Of a stretch of DNA of 64,000 nt, positions 38,880 to 52,094 are shown in pieces. This DNA comes from Octopus bimaculoides (lineage: Eukaryota): assembly GCF_001194135.2 (NCBI RefSeq), contig NC_068988.1, forward strand, positions 39,654,311 to 39,718,310. The letters run 5' to 3'. A program made the position numbers and the translations under genes. Below the pieces are notes generated by a model, which worked only from the letters and a program-made list of their open reading frames with translations, ran no database searches and was not told the origin of the DNA. Each line of letters starts with the position of its first letter. Positions within the stretch are counted from its first letter, which is position 1.

Positions 38880-39689
38880 TCGGCTGACGTAACAATCTGA
38901 TGAAAGGCTTACAGTCTCATGTTAGACAGCGTCGATGTAAGTCATGTCAAGGCAAAAGAGATAAAACTCATTGCAGATGAAAATAGACCATGTTGATCTT
39001 TAAACTTTCTGGCAGAGTGTCTTAGTTTCTTAGAGTGTGGTGTATATGTACACCACACTTAATTTATTTCTTCATATGAATACTCACTTAAAAATGTGGT
39101 GCTGGGTACCGTTGGGTACACAACGGCACAAAGAGCAAAGAGCACAGCCACTAATTCTAATGAAGTCTCACTAGAGATCGTCATCATTTTCTGTTTATCC
39201 AACGGTGTCTTTAAGAATCAATCAACTAAATGGCATTTAATGAACAGAAGATTTTTTTCTTTTATTTAATTTAATTTTACTCTTTGATTATCTACATCAA
39301 CGAAACTCAACCGCAAAATCTTATGGGCTAGGATCGGTTTCCATGCGAAATATAAAGAACCAAAAAGATCTGAAATGAAAATTTTTCGGAACCTCCGAAT
39401 GGATTTCCAGTTCGTCGATGGTACTGCTAAATTCCAGTATGTATTGTAACATAAGAAAGAATACGTAAATGTAATCCAAGATACTCGTTGCCTAAAAAAA
39501 ATATGGTGAGTATGATGATGCTCCAGAACGTTTTTGGTTATAGATACATAAGTTGAGGCTTTCTATGGTATATAATGACAAGTTGTTTCGGAAATATGTC
39601 CTCTAACCTATAATTTATTGTTGCGGATTTATCATACACATCTTTCTTCCGCTGCGCATGCTGTATGTTTGAGGGATCTTCTACATAAG

Positions 39690-39880
39690 CCTCGCGACCT
39701 GCTAGAAATAGCAGCTAAATCCATTTTAAATCACTATGTACAAAATTCATTTATAAATAAAATCATGAGGTGTATATTGCTATGTTTAGCAAAGTGAAAT
39801 GATTACAGCGGTATGAATGCCTTTGATCAGACTTCAGCTCATTCAGATCTCACCTGAAGTTAAACAATGGCAGTAACATT
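39690..39880 (+). repeat. Fragment of a further dispersed repeat family (CTGCTAGAAATAGCAGC motif)
   Basis: The same motif recurs at about 61955-61975 and, degenerate, at about 36790 and about 8675 (opposite strand); class not determined. Confidence 0.5.
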
Positions 39881-41625
39881 CTGTACAGTACCAAGCCAAC
39901 AGGAAAGATTCAATGGGATTATCACATTATAAAAAAAATAAAAAATGACAGTTCAAATCTCTTGAAATCATACTTTATAGTCTTAAAAAACGAATGAATA
40001 ATACATGGGTAAAAAATGCGAGTTGGTCGCGGTCGGAATGCCCTAGCAAGATTGAAATGTTTGTACAAAACAAGTTGCACACTGCTTTTGCTCTGTAAGA
40101 GGTTTCTATAGAAGTAATCTGTCTCAAACTTAAACCACTGGAAATAAAGATAGATGTGTTTTCAGCGAGTATTAAATTAGCGTCAGTTTCATATCGTAGC
40201 GACTTAGGTTAAATATGGCACCGAACATTAAGTAGTAGATAAGGGATTATTTTGGTTCCTTTATTCGCCAAGAAAGAGTAATATATTAACGAAATTCTAC
40301 AGCAAAATCTCTTCGGCGAATATAGATTTTTGGATGAAATATAAACATTTTTTTATAGATTTTGTTACTAACGTTTTATTATATTATGCATGTGTGTGTA
40401 TGTATGTATATAGGTATGTAAAAAGGCGCATAGGTAGACAATTGGTAGATAGATAGATAGATAGATACAAAAACTGATTGATAGAAGGATATATAGAGAG
40501 GTAGACGGACTGATTTATATATATATATATNNNNNNNNNNNNNNNNNNNNNNNNNNNNNNNNNNNNNNNNNNNNNNNNNNNNNNNNNNNNNNNNNNNNNN
40601 NNNNNNNNNNNNNNNNNNNNNNNNNNNNNNNNNNNNNNNNNNNNNNNNNNNNNNNNNNNNNNNNNNNNNNNNNNNNNNNNNNNNNNNNNNNNNNNNNNNN
40701 NNNNNNNNNNNNNNNNNNNNNNNNNNNNNNNNNNNNNNNNNNNNNNNNNNNNNNNNNNNNNNNNNNNNNNNNNNNNNNNNNNNNNNNNNNNNNNNNNNNN
40801 NNNNNNNNNNNNNNNNNNNNNNNNNNNNNNNNNNNNNNNNNNNNNNNNNNNNNNNNNNNNNNNNNNNNNNNNNNNNNNNNNNNNNNNNNNNNNNNNNNNN
40901 NNNNNNNNNNNNNNNNNNNNNNNNNNNNNNNNNNNNNNNNNNNNNNNNNNNNNNNNNNNNNNNNNNNNNNNNNNNNNNNNNNNNNNNNNNNNNNNNNNNN
41001 NNNNNNNNNNNNNNNNNNNNNNNNNNNNNNNNNNNNNNNNNNNNNNNNNNNNNNNNNNNNNNNNNNNNNNNNNNNNNNNNNNNNNNNNNNNNNNNNNNNN
41101 NNNNNNNNNNNNNNNNNNNNNNNNNNNNNNNNNNNNNNNNNNNNNNNNNNNNNNNNNNNNNNNNNNNNNNNNNNNNNNNNNNNNNNNNNNNNNNNNNNNN
41201 NNTATATAAGTTATAGGTATATATATATACACACACACACACGCACACACACACACACACACACCCACACACACACAAAACAGTTGTATGTTACAGATTT
41301 GATGCTTTATCACAGAAACATTGCTCTCGCTAACTCAAAGCTCTTAGGATATATATATATATATATATATATCCTAAGTGTTAGTATAGATATATAAGTA
41401 TATATATAGATATTAAGGTAGTTATGTGACAAGTAATACTAAACATTCGTTGCGGATGAACATAGTAGTGGTAGTAGATTAGACTGACTATATTGCCACA
41501 AACATCTCATATATCTATTTCTCTTTATATGTCCCTATCTATTTCTGCATGTCTGTATGTATATATCTGTCTCTCTATCCTTCAACATATACGCATATAC
41601 CTACAAACAAGTGCACACTAATATA

Positions 41626-42140
41626 CATTGTGTTGGACGAAAGTACCTCTTAGATTTTTAAGCGAAAACATCACGCAATTTCAAACGTAAAGCGATTTTT
41701 TTAATCAATGATATAATTACCGTGTCGTTCTAATATCCGTTGCTAACTTGGGGGTTCATTTTTCTCTCCTCAAAGATTTTCTTGTTTTTACTGGCGAAAA
41801 ACACTTTCAGATGAATTTTTACACCCCCTTTAGAGTTGAAGGCCTGTCTATTCACTGAAATTTAAAGAGACCGAAACAAGTGGGAAGCTCAAGGTGCAAG
41901 GTCGGGCGAATATGGAGAGTTTTTCAGCCAAATAATGCTAAATTTTGCCGTGTGTGGTAAAAGTGTGCGGTGTGGCATTGATGTGGGGAAAGACAATGCC
42001 CTTCACAATCAACAACTGCTTGCGGCTTCGGGAGATATCTGCGCTAAATTTATCCAACTGGTCACAGTACACATCCGAACTAATAATCCTTCCGTATGAA
42101 GAAGCTCGTAAAAGACAGACCACTTCCAATTCACCAAACT
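41626..42140 (-). mobile_element. mariner (DD34D-type) transposase C-terminal remnant
   Basis: SDVYCDQL...KGIVFPHINATPHT (cf. HDNARPH) and SPYSPDLAP (cf. YSPDLAP); TIR-like end near 41626. Confidence 0.85.
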
Positions 42141-42249
42141 GAATGCATGATCTTCTTCAGGTGAGTTTCAGTTTCAGAAGATATTCGTGGCGATTTGCCG
42201 ATGAAAGGATAAATACGTTTCAGCAGAAGGTCATGCATGGATATGTTGG

Positions 42250-42800
42250 AAGAAAGCTTTAGGTTGACAGGAACACTGATAACCAAGGTACACCAAACTC
42301 CTGTTGCACAAAACAGAGATGCAGGAATGATACCGAAATGTGGTAATCGATGCTGAATTTGTACATACAACAGAGGAGGTATAATTCACATAATAAACAG
42401 TTATTCCAAAAATGACAGTGCATTATTATCTAGCACTGAATCATGATTGGCTAAGCCACTTTGCAATGCGATCCGTCGGAAGTATAATTCTGAGACCAAA
42501 GATATAAGAATCCACCCTCTGGTAAAAAGAACCCATAACTACCCGTAATACGTGAGTACTGGTGAAATGTTCTTGTGAACATTTCTATAAAATCTAAGCT
42601 TAATGTGCCAGATATAATGATTTCAGACTGATGTGGAATAGCGGAATTCAGGTACCCTGGTAAATGTCAATATAATGCTAAAGATCAGCGAGAAAGCAAA
42701 TACCTACGCTGAACTATTTAGAAATTTAGTGATACTCCTCGTAGAGAGCAAGTTTGAATTTGCATATGTAATTGTTAATGCAATTGTTTACGTAACCAAC
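42250..42800 (+). mobile_element. Third, heavily decayed RLE-type LINE 3' fragment
   Basis: RDAGMIPKCGNRC*IC...HIINS...; EYW*N; later KY/YAELFRNL-like and AIVYVT segments; many stops. Confidence 0.65.
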
Positions 42801-43387
42801 AGCTTTAGCTCATTCTTGAGAAATTAGGTTTCGAAAAATTAAAAAAAGGAGAAAGATAATTAGTAGCTTCCAGACACCATCCATCAATGGGATTGTAAGA
42901 ATTATATAAGCTTGCCAAAATTTTTGCATATAAGTATATATCCACATATCCACGCATGCAGCTACTTGTATGAGTACACATATAAAAATTAAACATGCAA
43001 GCCAGTACATCTCCAGACGTACTGATGTCAAATACTTGTACAAATACATATACAACTTTCTGTTGATGTTGAATTTCCATCAAAGAGGCATCAGAACTAG
43101 ATTAAAAAGCGGCTCTTTCTCCATTGGCGAGAAATCTAGAAATAAAACTATATAGTAACATCCATCCAGCCACCTAACCATACGTACATACATACATGCA
43201 TGCATACACCCACACATGCATATATACAATCGCATTCACCATACATATATTGTTACATCTGCGTACACACAAACACGTGCGCGTGCAAATATAAGTATGT
43301 TTGAGTAGAGAAAATGCTAGATTATGATCGAATTCTACTTGATTGTTGGGTATATAAAGATATAATTTTGGTTTCGAATTTTGACAG

Positions 43388-43537
43388 AAGGCCAGTGCTC
43401 AAATGGTACTGACCCGGAAAGGATGGTAGGCAAACTCGACCTCGGTGGAATTTGAACTTGGAACATAAAGGCAGACGAAATGTCACTTAGCAACATTTCG
43501 TCTGGCACACTGATGAATCTGCCAACTTGCCGCCTTA
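43388..43537 (-). mobile_element. SINE family A (degenerate)
   Basis: GACCTCGGTGGAATTTGAAC...GAATCTGCCAACTTGCCGCCTT. Confidence 0.82.
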
Positions 43538-44759
43538 TATTAATACGTAATATGCCACCCGGATTAACATTCCTCACTTTTGCTGCCTGTGTTAACTTTT
43601 GTTAACTAGCAAAGAGAAGCATTTAAAAAAATACTTCCTTTTTTTGAATGAAACGGAAGTGCTCCCTTTCAACATCCTCTTTATTTATCATAATTATATA
43701 TTAGTCTATGTTTCATTAACTTTAATGATGCTATTAAGAAAGTGAAAACTTGAATTTCTTATCCTCATATATTTTCAAATGGTATAAACGTACTGAATGT
43801 TGCCCACATTTTAGATGATGCAAAATCCGTTATTTATTTACTCGGATGAAGTTAATTGGTTTGTAATGGGTAATGAAAATATAATAGCGGCCAGAAAACT
43901 CTTGCTTTATTACTATAGGTAAATATCAATCTAAAAGACATGCTAATGAATAAAACTTTTGTTTTATTACTACAAGTATATATCAATCAAAAAGACATGC
44001 GGATGAATATAGCATGTTCCAGGGCAAAGTTAATCAGGCTATTTAATTAAAAAGCATTAAATTAGATTACCATATTTGAAGGTGTATATGGTCTGGACAT
44101 TTAATTAAATAATCCTTCGTATTAGCAGAGTGGCAAACTAAAATATGACAATTGTATGGCCTTTCTATATCTATTAGTATGGTGAGTGAAGTTAAATAGA
44201 TTTCGAGCAGGAATGGAAATCATATTACGGAACTGACTCGTGGGTTAGTCAGAATTTAGTCTTACAGCATTCGTTACAAATGTCGTATAAACGATTTCGT
44301 CAAGGGCTTCTCATTGGTCATTCCGACCTAAATAGAAAAGTTCTTGGCTTGGGTTAAAAATACTGAAAAGTTCTTGGCTTGGGTTAAAAAAAAATACAGG
44401 AGGATCAGTTAATTATGATTTTACTCAACATATTCTTCTCTCAGATTCATACGCTTAATGCAGCGGTCCTTCAGTTTTTCTTAATCCTGTGAAAGAACTC
44501 GGAATTTTGGGCCTCCAACCAGGCTTTTCGTGACACCGTTAAAGCCAGAACCGTCAAACAGCCCCTCATATCAATCAAAAATTTCTTTCAATTCAAACTC
44601 AACCTACACATTGTGTCTGGGATAAAAGATTTGTTAATCACCGACGGAAAGCTTGTGATTATAATTTTGCTTCCTCAGGAATGATATAAAGTAGGAATGT
44701 TAACGAGCATTATCACCTCAAAGAGTTCTAGAACACACACACAAATTGTAAACACGGTT

Positions 44760-45130
44760 ATTTATTCTTCCCTCTTACACTTGTTTCTGTCATTGCTTTC
44801 GTTATACCTTGAAAGGTTTTTGGTCAAACAACCAGTACTTATATTCTTTTAAAACCTTGTCCATATTCTTTTAACCTATAATGCCTAACCACTAAGTTAG
44901 AGGGATGTAAACGAACCAGCTTTGGTTATCAATCAGTGGTAGGAGACAAACATGAATAACACACACACAAATATATATACTCATCTACGTTGAGCTTCTT
45001 TCATTTTCCATCTACCTATTCTACTCGTCAAGCTTTAGTCACTTGCTCAAAGTGTCAAGCAGTAGAACAAAACTCGTAATAATGTAGTTGGGAAGGAAAT
45101 TTCTTACTATACAGCTATGCTTGCGTTTAC
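44760..45130 (-). mobile_element. SINE family B (old, degenerate)
   Basis: ACTAAGTTAGAGGGATGTAAAC, GACAAACA-(CA)n and GCTTCTTTCA.TTTCC.TCTACC match family B. Confidence 0.6.
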
Positions 45131-46551
45131 TATTGTTATGAAAGAAATTATATCTAAAACTATAAAAGATATTAGCTATTATTACTAAAAAATGGCTTTA
45201 ATAAAACACGGAATAACATGATGTATTGCTTCAATTTGTTTGCAGTTAGATAAGATAATTATTCTCATATTAGAGTATTGGTCTTCGACCTTTCTTTATG
45301 ACGAAAGAAAAAAAGTTTTATTATTCATTATTTCTTTATTTTCTGGTATATTGATAAAATTAGAAAATTATAAATTATGTGAAACCCAAAATCAAGAACG
45401 TGTAAATGGAAGTCTGAGAAGCAAATACATTTTTACAAGCACGGAAGCACGCAAGCAGTGGTAGTCACTTCCTTGTGATCTATTGCAAAATCAACTTTTG
45501 TTATTGACGTGTAGTAAGTTAGTTTAGTGCAAGAAATCATCATTTATGTATGAAATCGTTATTATTTAACTTAAAACTTGCAAATCTATTGAGTTGATAT
45601 GGCAGCCAGACAATTTCTGGAACGTAATTGGTGTGTACACAAGAAATATTTCCGAACGCTTTATTCAGCGTTTCGAGCCTGCAGCTATTTCTGTTGTTAT
45701 TCTCTTTTTATCCATATTTGACTGACAAACCGACGCACGTGCACCGTGAATGGTATTACGCTTACGTCATTACGCATATTCGCAAATGACAATGTTTATA
45801 TTTTACAACAATGATATCGTCCCTCTCGTATTTCAATTAGAAATTATTCTTATGTATCGTGAAAACAAACTTTTAATTGTTCGGTTAAGTATAATATAGC
45901 AGCCTTTTAGCTGGATCCGCTAGTGGGTCCCTGATTCGAGAGTTCCAGGGTTTGAGGAGGGAGTGAGAAATTACTTCTTAGTCACTACTGTGCCCAGGTC
46001 TAATCTGACCTGAAAAAGTAGCACGTCTCAGCGTCTCAGCACTGGGTTAAGTAACATGTATCCACCTGAGACAGCGTACGTTGAAAGTGTGGAATGCAGC
46101 ATTACGAATATGAACTATTTTGGCAAAGTCAATGAGAAATATCACTGGACGCTCAGCGGCAGAGCAGACAACAAATTGTCTACAGTCAGGATTTACCTAT
46201 TCAGTATGTGAACCTGTAGTCGTGGCGTGCGCGGATGAAATATTTCAGTTAGCGAATAACTAATATGAGCTATTAGTCCGGAAAAATCTCCGATTCAGAT
46301 GGAGTATGCTGTCACCTCTGGTTTACTACCGAATACTCAACTCTTCATATACCTATGTAATCATCATGTTATGAGAATATTCCATATAGAAGTAAATAAC
46401 TACTACTGTTTTGTTCTAGGTCAGCTCAGATCAATGGGATCTAGTATCAAGTTAAGCTTGCTATGACCAACCGTCGGTTTAGGTGTATGTAGAGCTTCAT
46501 TACTCGATGTGTTTTTCTCACTCTTAAGAAATTTGGGTGCTATTATCTATT

Positions 46552-46680
46552 GTCTTTCACGTGTTTCAGTTATTGGACTGCAGCCATGCTGAGACGTCAT
46601 CGCTGATCCGCGACGTCACGGGGACGTAAACATACTGACGCAGGTTGTTAAGCGATGTTATAGGATAAACACAGACACAA

Positions 46681-46741
<61 letters not shown>

Positions 46742-46995
46742 ACACANNNNNNNNNNNNNNNNNNNNNNNNNNNNNNNNNNNNNNNNNNNNNNNNNNNNNN
46801 NNNNNNNNNNNNNNNNNNNNNNNNNNNNATATATATATATATATATATATATATATACGACAGGTTTACACACCGTACCTGTCAAACAAATTCACTCACA
46901 AGGCATTTTTAGGCCCGAAGCTATAGTAGCAGACATTCGCCCAAGATATCTGTCAGTACAGCTGAATCAAAACCAAGAGATGTCAAAGCGAGCCT
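46552..46995 (-). mobile_element. SINE family B with an N-gap in its internal microsatellite
   Basis: TGTTTCAGTTATTGGACTGCAGCCATGCTG, GGGGACGTAAAC and ATTCACTCACAAGGC...GCTATAGTAG. Confidence 0.8.
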
Positions 46996-48335
46996 TTAAA
47001 TTAGAAACCAATATCTGCTTGTATAAGGAAGGATTGGTGTTCATTCTTAATGATACGATCGTGCAAAGCTGTGATTCTCGCATGGTCTCTTAGAAGTAAA
47101 TAGTTTACTGATTGGGTAAAACGCAAGGCGGTAGATAGCGTATAGTTGTTGATTTGTTACGATACAGTGTTTACAACAATTTTAATCATAACTATGGCCT
47201 CGGAAAACGTTGAACTCTGTCCTGCGGCCAATAGACAGACACAAAATCTGGCCTTCAGATTTCTTACCATCACCATCACCACAACGATCACTTATCCTCA
47301 CTACTGTTAATACCATCAACACTACTACCATTACCGTTTCAATTACAGCCCCCCTCCCCCGTAATCATTTAGCGCAATGAAGAGTTCATCAAATGTTAAT
47401 GTCAGAAACATTTTAATTTACATCTTAAAGTTCTTAAGCAAATAACGATTATCTGTCTGTTTATCTTCTGCGTATCTTTCGTTCATTCATTCTTTCTTGC
47501 TTTCTGTTTACAATATCTTCACACCAGAAAGGTCTCATCAAAATATCATGAATATTACTTTTTGCCTATTTACGTCACTCTCTCATAACTAAACTGATCT
47601 TATTAACACTTTAATATATACCGCAATAACTATTATATCTTCCATCTTGTTTCTTTTTCTCTCCATTTTGAAATTTTGTTTTTATCTAAGACAGAAATCA
47701 ATTTATTGACTTTTCAACATTTTGAAACAAAATTTTCTGATATCTTTGTCTCTAAATGTCTGTTTTTGTTGTTGTTGTTCTCAACGTTTTATTTATTTTG
47801 CTTTTACGTTTTCATTAAAATCCTACTAATAGTTATGAAAATATTTTGAAATGGCAGCAACAAGAAGTGCAACAGCAACAAAAGCAAGAACAGTAACAAC
47901 AGCAGAAGATGAAGCAAAAACAGTTAGAAGATCAAAAAAATTATTGAAGCAGCTACAATATTTCAAAGATGTTTATATAAACAAATCATTATTTCTGATT
48001 AAATCAAATACTGATTGTTAACTGAGATACAAGGTAACTATTTTTGTGAGGCGGGAGTGCAGGTGATTATATCATCCCAAGTACTTATTCCACCTTATTC
48101 TATCGGTTTCGAGTGGGTGAGATAAAAAGACAAACAAATCTGATGAGATTTGGACTGAGAAAACAGAGGGATATGTAAGTGAATAGTACAGCCTGTGATT
48201 GACCGATTCTGCCCAGGAGTGGTTTTAGAATTACGGTGGAAAATTCGAAAGTAACTTATTCCGAAATATAAAAAAAAAGTAGGAACAAAAGAACTTATAT
48301 TATTCTAAGATCAATATTAGTGAACCCCGAATGTA

Positions 48336-48390
48336 ATGCCACTAAGCATTTTTGTCCGGCGCGGTAACGCTTCAGCCAGCTCACCGCCTT
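48336..48390 (-). mobile_element. SINE family A head fragment
   Basis: CTAAGCATTT...GCCAGCTCACCGCCTT. Confidence 0.7.
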
Positions 48391-48419
48391 ATTAAGTTTA
48401 TTACTATAAAATTTATTTG

Positions 48420-48628
48420 AAGGCGACGAGCTAGCTGATTTGTTAGCACGCCGGGAAAATGCTTAGTAGCATTTCGTACGTTTTTATGTTCTGAGTTCAA
48501 ATTGCACTGAAATTGCCTTCCCCTTTCTTGTTCGATAAAATAAGTACCAGTTGTGTACTGGAGGTCGATGTAATCGACTTAACACCCCACTCGAAATTGC
48601 TGGCCTTGTGTCAACATTTGAAATCATT
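48420..48628 (+). mobile_element. SINE family A, head-to-head with the preceding fragment
   Basis: AAGGCGACGAGCTAG...GTTCTGAGTTCAAATT...ATAAGTACCAGTTG...GGCCTTGTG. Confidence 0.85.
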
Positions 48629-49749
48629 ATTAATATTGAGTTCTATGAAATAGTGAGGTGCTGAAATAAACCGAATATATTATATCTAGGGAAGTAATTG
48701 AGGGAGAACACTCATTCGGAGTGACACTCATCAAAAGATTTCAAGAGATTATTGCCAGACAACTAAACTTCAACTAACATTCTTGCAAACATTTCCAGAG
48801 AGAACTGTCAGTCAAGTAGATACATACTGTTTATAGAATGCTTCTGCTATTTGCAGTAATTGACTCTGTGATAAAGCTTTTGAATTTGATCTTTTGAGTT
48901 TGAAAACCAATTGACCCTAAACATGAAACGAAACAGCGTCACTGACACTATCGACCGCAAACACTTTCGTCTCAAATAATAGTATCATCAAACAGAATTA
49001 TAGTATAATAATTGTACAATTATTTATTATGTTATTGGAGGTGAAATAGTCAAGTAGTGAAACCAATTCATTTTTGATATGATGTGCTATTTGTAAACGA
49101 TTTATTAATATATTTTGTGCAATGTAACTTACCACTGAGAGCAGCAAGCGTAGTAAGTAGAGGAACAATCATACTTCCTTACCACAATATTGGTAAAGAA
49201 AGGTTTCCAGAGAACCTAGAAATTCCTATGATTTATTTCAATTTAGCAATGTAAATTTCAGACTATTTTAATTACAAAAGATATGAAGATAATGAGAGAA
49301 TTCATTTCATTTCAAGTGAACTGAAACAGTTGTCAAAATAGAAATAATGTCGTATTGTTATCTCACTCCGATTAAACGTTTACTCAATATTGTTGGCCAC
49401 AGTTAAATACGTAAGCCTAAAATCGTATACAATGAGTGGTTTAGATGAGAAAGTTTTTGAGAGAAGACAGATTTCTTCAAATTGTTAAGCCATACACATT
49501 GACTGGTACTTTGTTAATCTATCTCTAAAGGATAAAAGGCAATGCTGTGGTTTCATTACGGCACTACTCAAAGTTGCTCTCTAAGTTCAATCGTTGTAGC
49601 AACAAAAAGTTAAAGCATCAACTTCGAATGAACACACAACTACGCTTACTCACAAACACTAGTCCGCATGCCCACACGTACGTTCATGCGCACACACACA
49701 TACACATATACATACACAAAATATGCACATGCTATACAACCGAAAAGGA

Positions 49750-49997
49750 TTAAAGTACTCTATTAGCCGTAGACTCACGAGGATTCTCGGATTCTGTGGA
49801 GTGTATATCCACAGCCCTTCCTCTGGACGTGACGCCTCTCCGTCGCAGGATTACTAATTTTTGTCAGCCGAGTGGTGTGGAGAAACATGAAGTAAATTGT
49901 TTTGCAAAGACGACAACGAGTCGCTTGTCCAGGAATCGAAACCACAATCTCACCATCATGAGTCCAGCGCCATAATCACTAAGCCATGCGCCTCCAC
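49750..49997 (-). mobile_element. SINE family D (tRNA-derived)
   Basis: Minus strand reads GTGGAGGCGCATGGCTTAGTG (A box)...GGTTTCGATTCCTGGAC (B box)...ACTCGGCTGACAAAAA...CGTCCAG. Confidence 0.8.
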
Positions 49998-50309
49998 GCA
50001 TCACGCATATGCATATACAAAAACTAAAGATAATCATTGTGTGGACAAGAGACATCGAGGCTCACATGTAACACACTTGAAATATGCATGCAAGCAGCTT
50101 GCCTCACGAATATGATTATGCGATTATATATGCATGAAATAATATCGCATATAATAGCGTGTTTAAAACTTATTCCAGAACGCAGATAAGTATTTGATAT
50201 CGAATGGCATCAAAATAAGTGTAGTGGTAATATACTCACTTCTTATAGCCACATTTAGTCAGAGCATGTCACCTTGAGTTTCAGCACACACACATACACA
50301 CACACACGC

Positions 50310-50342
<33 letters not shown>

Positions 50343-50509
50343 TAGAAACACACACACAAAATGTATAGTACCTGTACGTGGTCTCTGATCAATATGTATC
50401 CGGACTGTTACCATAGTAAGGTGTGTAGCATGTGATCGTGGCATTGACTATCGTAGAGAATGTTGCATAAAATTTCGTCAAAAGATTGGCGGTACCTGCT
50501 GAGAGGCCT

Positions 50510-50850
50510 ACGCAAAGTTTCAAAAGGTTTTCATCGTGCTTGACACCATCAAGTTGTTGTGCAACTGAAACCTGAGTGACCTTTTGGTCAGCTGAAAGCA
50601 GTTCAGGCACAACCTTGGCAGAAATGCATCTCATACCTAAATCTTCATTGATAATGGACTGAACTGAGCCGTAACTAATCTAGACACCCCCTGATAAATC
50701 AGAGATGGGGATTCAACGATGTCCTCTCATAGCTGCACGCACATCTGCGATGTTTTTCTCAGTTCTGATGGTTGTGTATCTCCTAGAGCGTTCATTAATG
50801 CGAAAGAGATAACTGAATAACTGCAAACCTACTTTTGGGCCACCTGTATA
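50510..50850 (-). mobile_element. mariner transposase N-terminal (HTH) remnant plus a TIR-like end
   Basis: ISYGSVQSIINEDLGMRCISAKVVPELLSADQK (cf. mariner WVPxxL region); the end reads TA-CAGGTGGCCCAAAAGTAG on the minus strand. Confidence 0.78.
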
Positions 50851-51785
50851 TATATATTGCAATTTTGTATTTAGTGGATAGATATTCAAATTTTTTTTAC
50901 CTCTATAATACTGTTTGCCATTTACATAAAGTAGATTTGCGATGATGGCATTGCATTCAGTTCAAAGGATATACATTTGATTTATCTAGATTTTGTTATG
51001 TTTTCTATGCGATTCGAGGGAAGGGTTTTATTGCACATGTTGATCAAAGGGAGTAATTTGGCAAAAACATTTGTATCTCAGTCCATCGTGAAGGAAAATA
51101 TTAATAATTATATTAAGTTAATAAGTGATTGTAACCAGGAAATCTAAGTATAGAAGTTACCCAAAAATTATACGACATATACATCATAATTCTGAACTTC
51201 CTCGTCTTGTAAATACATGACGGATGTTTGCCTTGATTTCGGCCTATGAGTGTTGTCTATTACTCATCAATGTAACAAGATAGAAACATCGCTGTCGTCT
51301 TTACGCACTCGCTTGTGTTTCGATATCTGGCATTTAAATTTTCTCAAATCACACACAAACCCCATGCCATCTTAAAAAAGAAAGGCTGCAGTTAATAATT
51401 TACAAGTTCTAAATACAGAAAAAGACAGAGTGACTACTCCTGGAAAGTATTTGTTTAATCCTTTTACTGCGAAAACCAAATATATCCACTCAAAATTTGT
51501 TTACTCTTATCTGTTGTAAACAACTCTATATACCAATCTATCTTGTTGAGGAATGTCATGTTTGACATTGATTTTTGTTGAGTTATTTTTGACATTGATT
51601 TTTGTTGAGTTATTCGTAGAAACCACCAATTATATATTTCTGTAATTATTTAGCATCATTAGTCGAATAACCATGGAAACTAATTTCACATCTAAAGGGT
51701 TGAAGGCTGGTCTAATCAGAGCAATTTCGATCTACCTCATTCCCTATCTCACTTCCTTCGTTCCACCTTATGTTACTCTCCCTCT

Positions 51786-52055
51786 ATTGCACGGACAGAA
51801 TGCCGGCTGCATTTTTGCTGAAAGACAAAAAACCGAGACCAAGAAGCCGAACGGATGCAATAAAAAAAATATCACTCCTACCTACATAGTTTAATGACTA
51901 ATTCACCAACTTGGCACGTAAGATTTAACGAGATTGAATTTTAATTTTCGTATATCTTTTCTGCATCTTCGTTCGGCTTCATGTCCGTTCGGCATTGTGT
52001 CCGTTCGGCTTCTTGTCCTTCGGCAAAAATGCATTCGGCATCCCATCTGTGTACC
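51786..52055. mobile_element. Mutator/Foldback-like MITE with long TIRs made of ~15-bp repeats
   Basis: Inverted arms 51786-51860 and about 51960-52055 with GTCCGTTCGGC repeats; 10-bp TSD CTCTCCCTCT at 51776-51785 and 52056-52065. Confidence 0.75.
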
Positions 52056-52094
52056 CTCTCCCTCTGTACCCATCGCTACCTAACTATTGCATCG

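Noticed and set aside
44200-44330. Possible RTE-type C-terminal remnant on the minus strand
   Set aside because: Only a few residues match and the frame has stops.
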